Origin: Negaprion brevirostris
Taxonomy: Eukaryota
Assembly: GCA_030324005.1 (NCBI GenBank)
Contig: JARDVH010000193.1
Coordinates: forward strand, 30,813,337-30,877,336
Direction of reading: 5' to 3'
Length of the DNA: 64,000 nt
The notes beneath the pieces were generated by a model. That model was not told the DNA's origin. It worked only from the letters and a program-made list of their open reading frames with translations, and searched no databases. Below are positions 63,186-64,000 of this stretch, piece after piece (the stretch's first letter is position 1; the number at the start of each line of letters is the position of its first letter). The position numbers and the translations under genes are program-made.

Positions 63186-63440
63186 ATGGCACAATGGTTA
63201 GCACTACTACCTCACAGTGCTGGGGATCTGGGTTCGATTCCCGGTTTGAGTCACTGTCTGTGCACAGTCTACACATTCTCCCCATGTCTGCATGGGTTTC
63301 CTCCAGATGCTCCCAGTTCCTCCAACAGTCCAAAGATGTGCGAGTTAAGTTGATTGGCCATGCTAAATTGACCTTAGTTTCGGGGGCATTCGTAAGGTAA
63401 ATATGTGGGGTTACGGGGATAGGCTGGGATTGTTTTCAGT
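63186..63440 (+). mobile_element. HE1-type SINE
   Basis: TGGCACAATGGTTAGCAC...GGTTCGATTCC head and core. Confidence 0.9.
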
Positions 63441-63899
63441 GCAAAAGAGTTTGGAGGTAAAAAGAAACTTGGGTGACGCTTTAAGCTGCAGATAGGCCAA
63501 GATAGGAGTAGAAATGAGTGCTGTCACAGGGGTAAAGTTGCTAGTTTTAGTGACGAAGAGGGTACGGGATCGGAAGCACAGCTCAGATTAAAATAGATCG
63601 TGAATGGTTTGATTCAGCTTTAAGAATTTGCCACTTCGCATTAGGATCTCAGGATGGCCTTTGGATCCAACCCTGAGGCCCTTTGAAATTCATGTTCAAT
63701 GATTCAGGTCAAAGATCTTCCATCAGTACTGGAAGAAAATAGACAGGTTTGAATCAAATACAGAGACAGGGAAAGAGGAGAGGGGACGATCGAACAAAAG
63801 GGAAGGTAAAAAGATTAAAATGACAACAAGAATAATGGTTGAGTGGAAAATGGAATGGTAATGCGACGAATGAGGAAATAAAAGATGAATCCAGAGGAA

Positions 63900-64000
63900 G
63901 TCTGATAAAATAAAACTCATCGTGAATTGAAATGATCAAATTCAACTCTGAGTCTGGAAGGCTGAAAGGTGTGGAACTGAAAGATGATGTGTTGTTCCTC
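63900..64000 (-). mobile_element. Penelope GIY-YIG C-terminal remnant (runs off window)
   Basis: Minus encodes EEQHIIFQFHTFQPSRLRVEF, like PLE LEEQHLIFRLGTLQP.GLN.EF. Confidence 0.75.

Noticed and set aside
1-64000. CRISPR array, prokaryotic operon, endogenous virus or recognisable miRNA
   Set aside because: No regularly spaced repeat-spacer array, no gene-dense region, no viral hallmark motifs and no mature miRNA sequence I recognise.

Overview
Eukaryotic, gap-containing draft sequence from a cartilaginous fish (shark). This is inferred from abundant HE1-type tRNA SINEs, CR1/HER1 LINEs and shark-style Penelope termini. I find no intact protein-coding gene, rRNA, true tRNA or CRISPR array; almost all listed ORFs are chance, TE-derived or span N gaps. 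The window reads as a gene desert or very large intron. It is a mosaic of SINEs, CR1, L2 and Rex1/Babar LINEs, Penelope-like elements (PLEs), PIF/Harbinger transposase fossils with many MITEs and one hAT deletion derivative, separated by AT-rich, TE-free blocks that look like conserved non-coding elements. Most notable: (1) minimal type-I hammerhead ribozyme motifs in the PLE termini, two of which share a U3-A8 compensatory core instead of C3-G8; (2) a perfect 36-bp-arm PLE-derived hairpin; (3) a ~1.1-kb decayed ORF with a SWIM-like motif; (4) one SINE head carrying two different LINE-derived tails. Family names come from recognising motifs by eye, not from database searches. Boundaries are approximate unless TIR/TSD positions are given.
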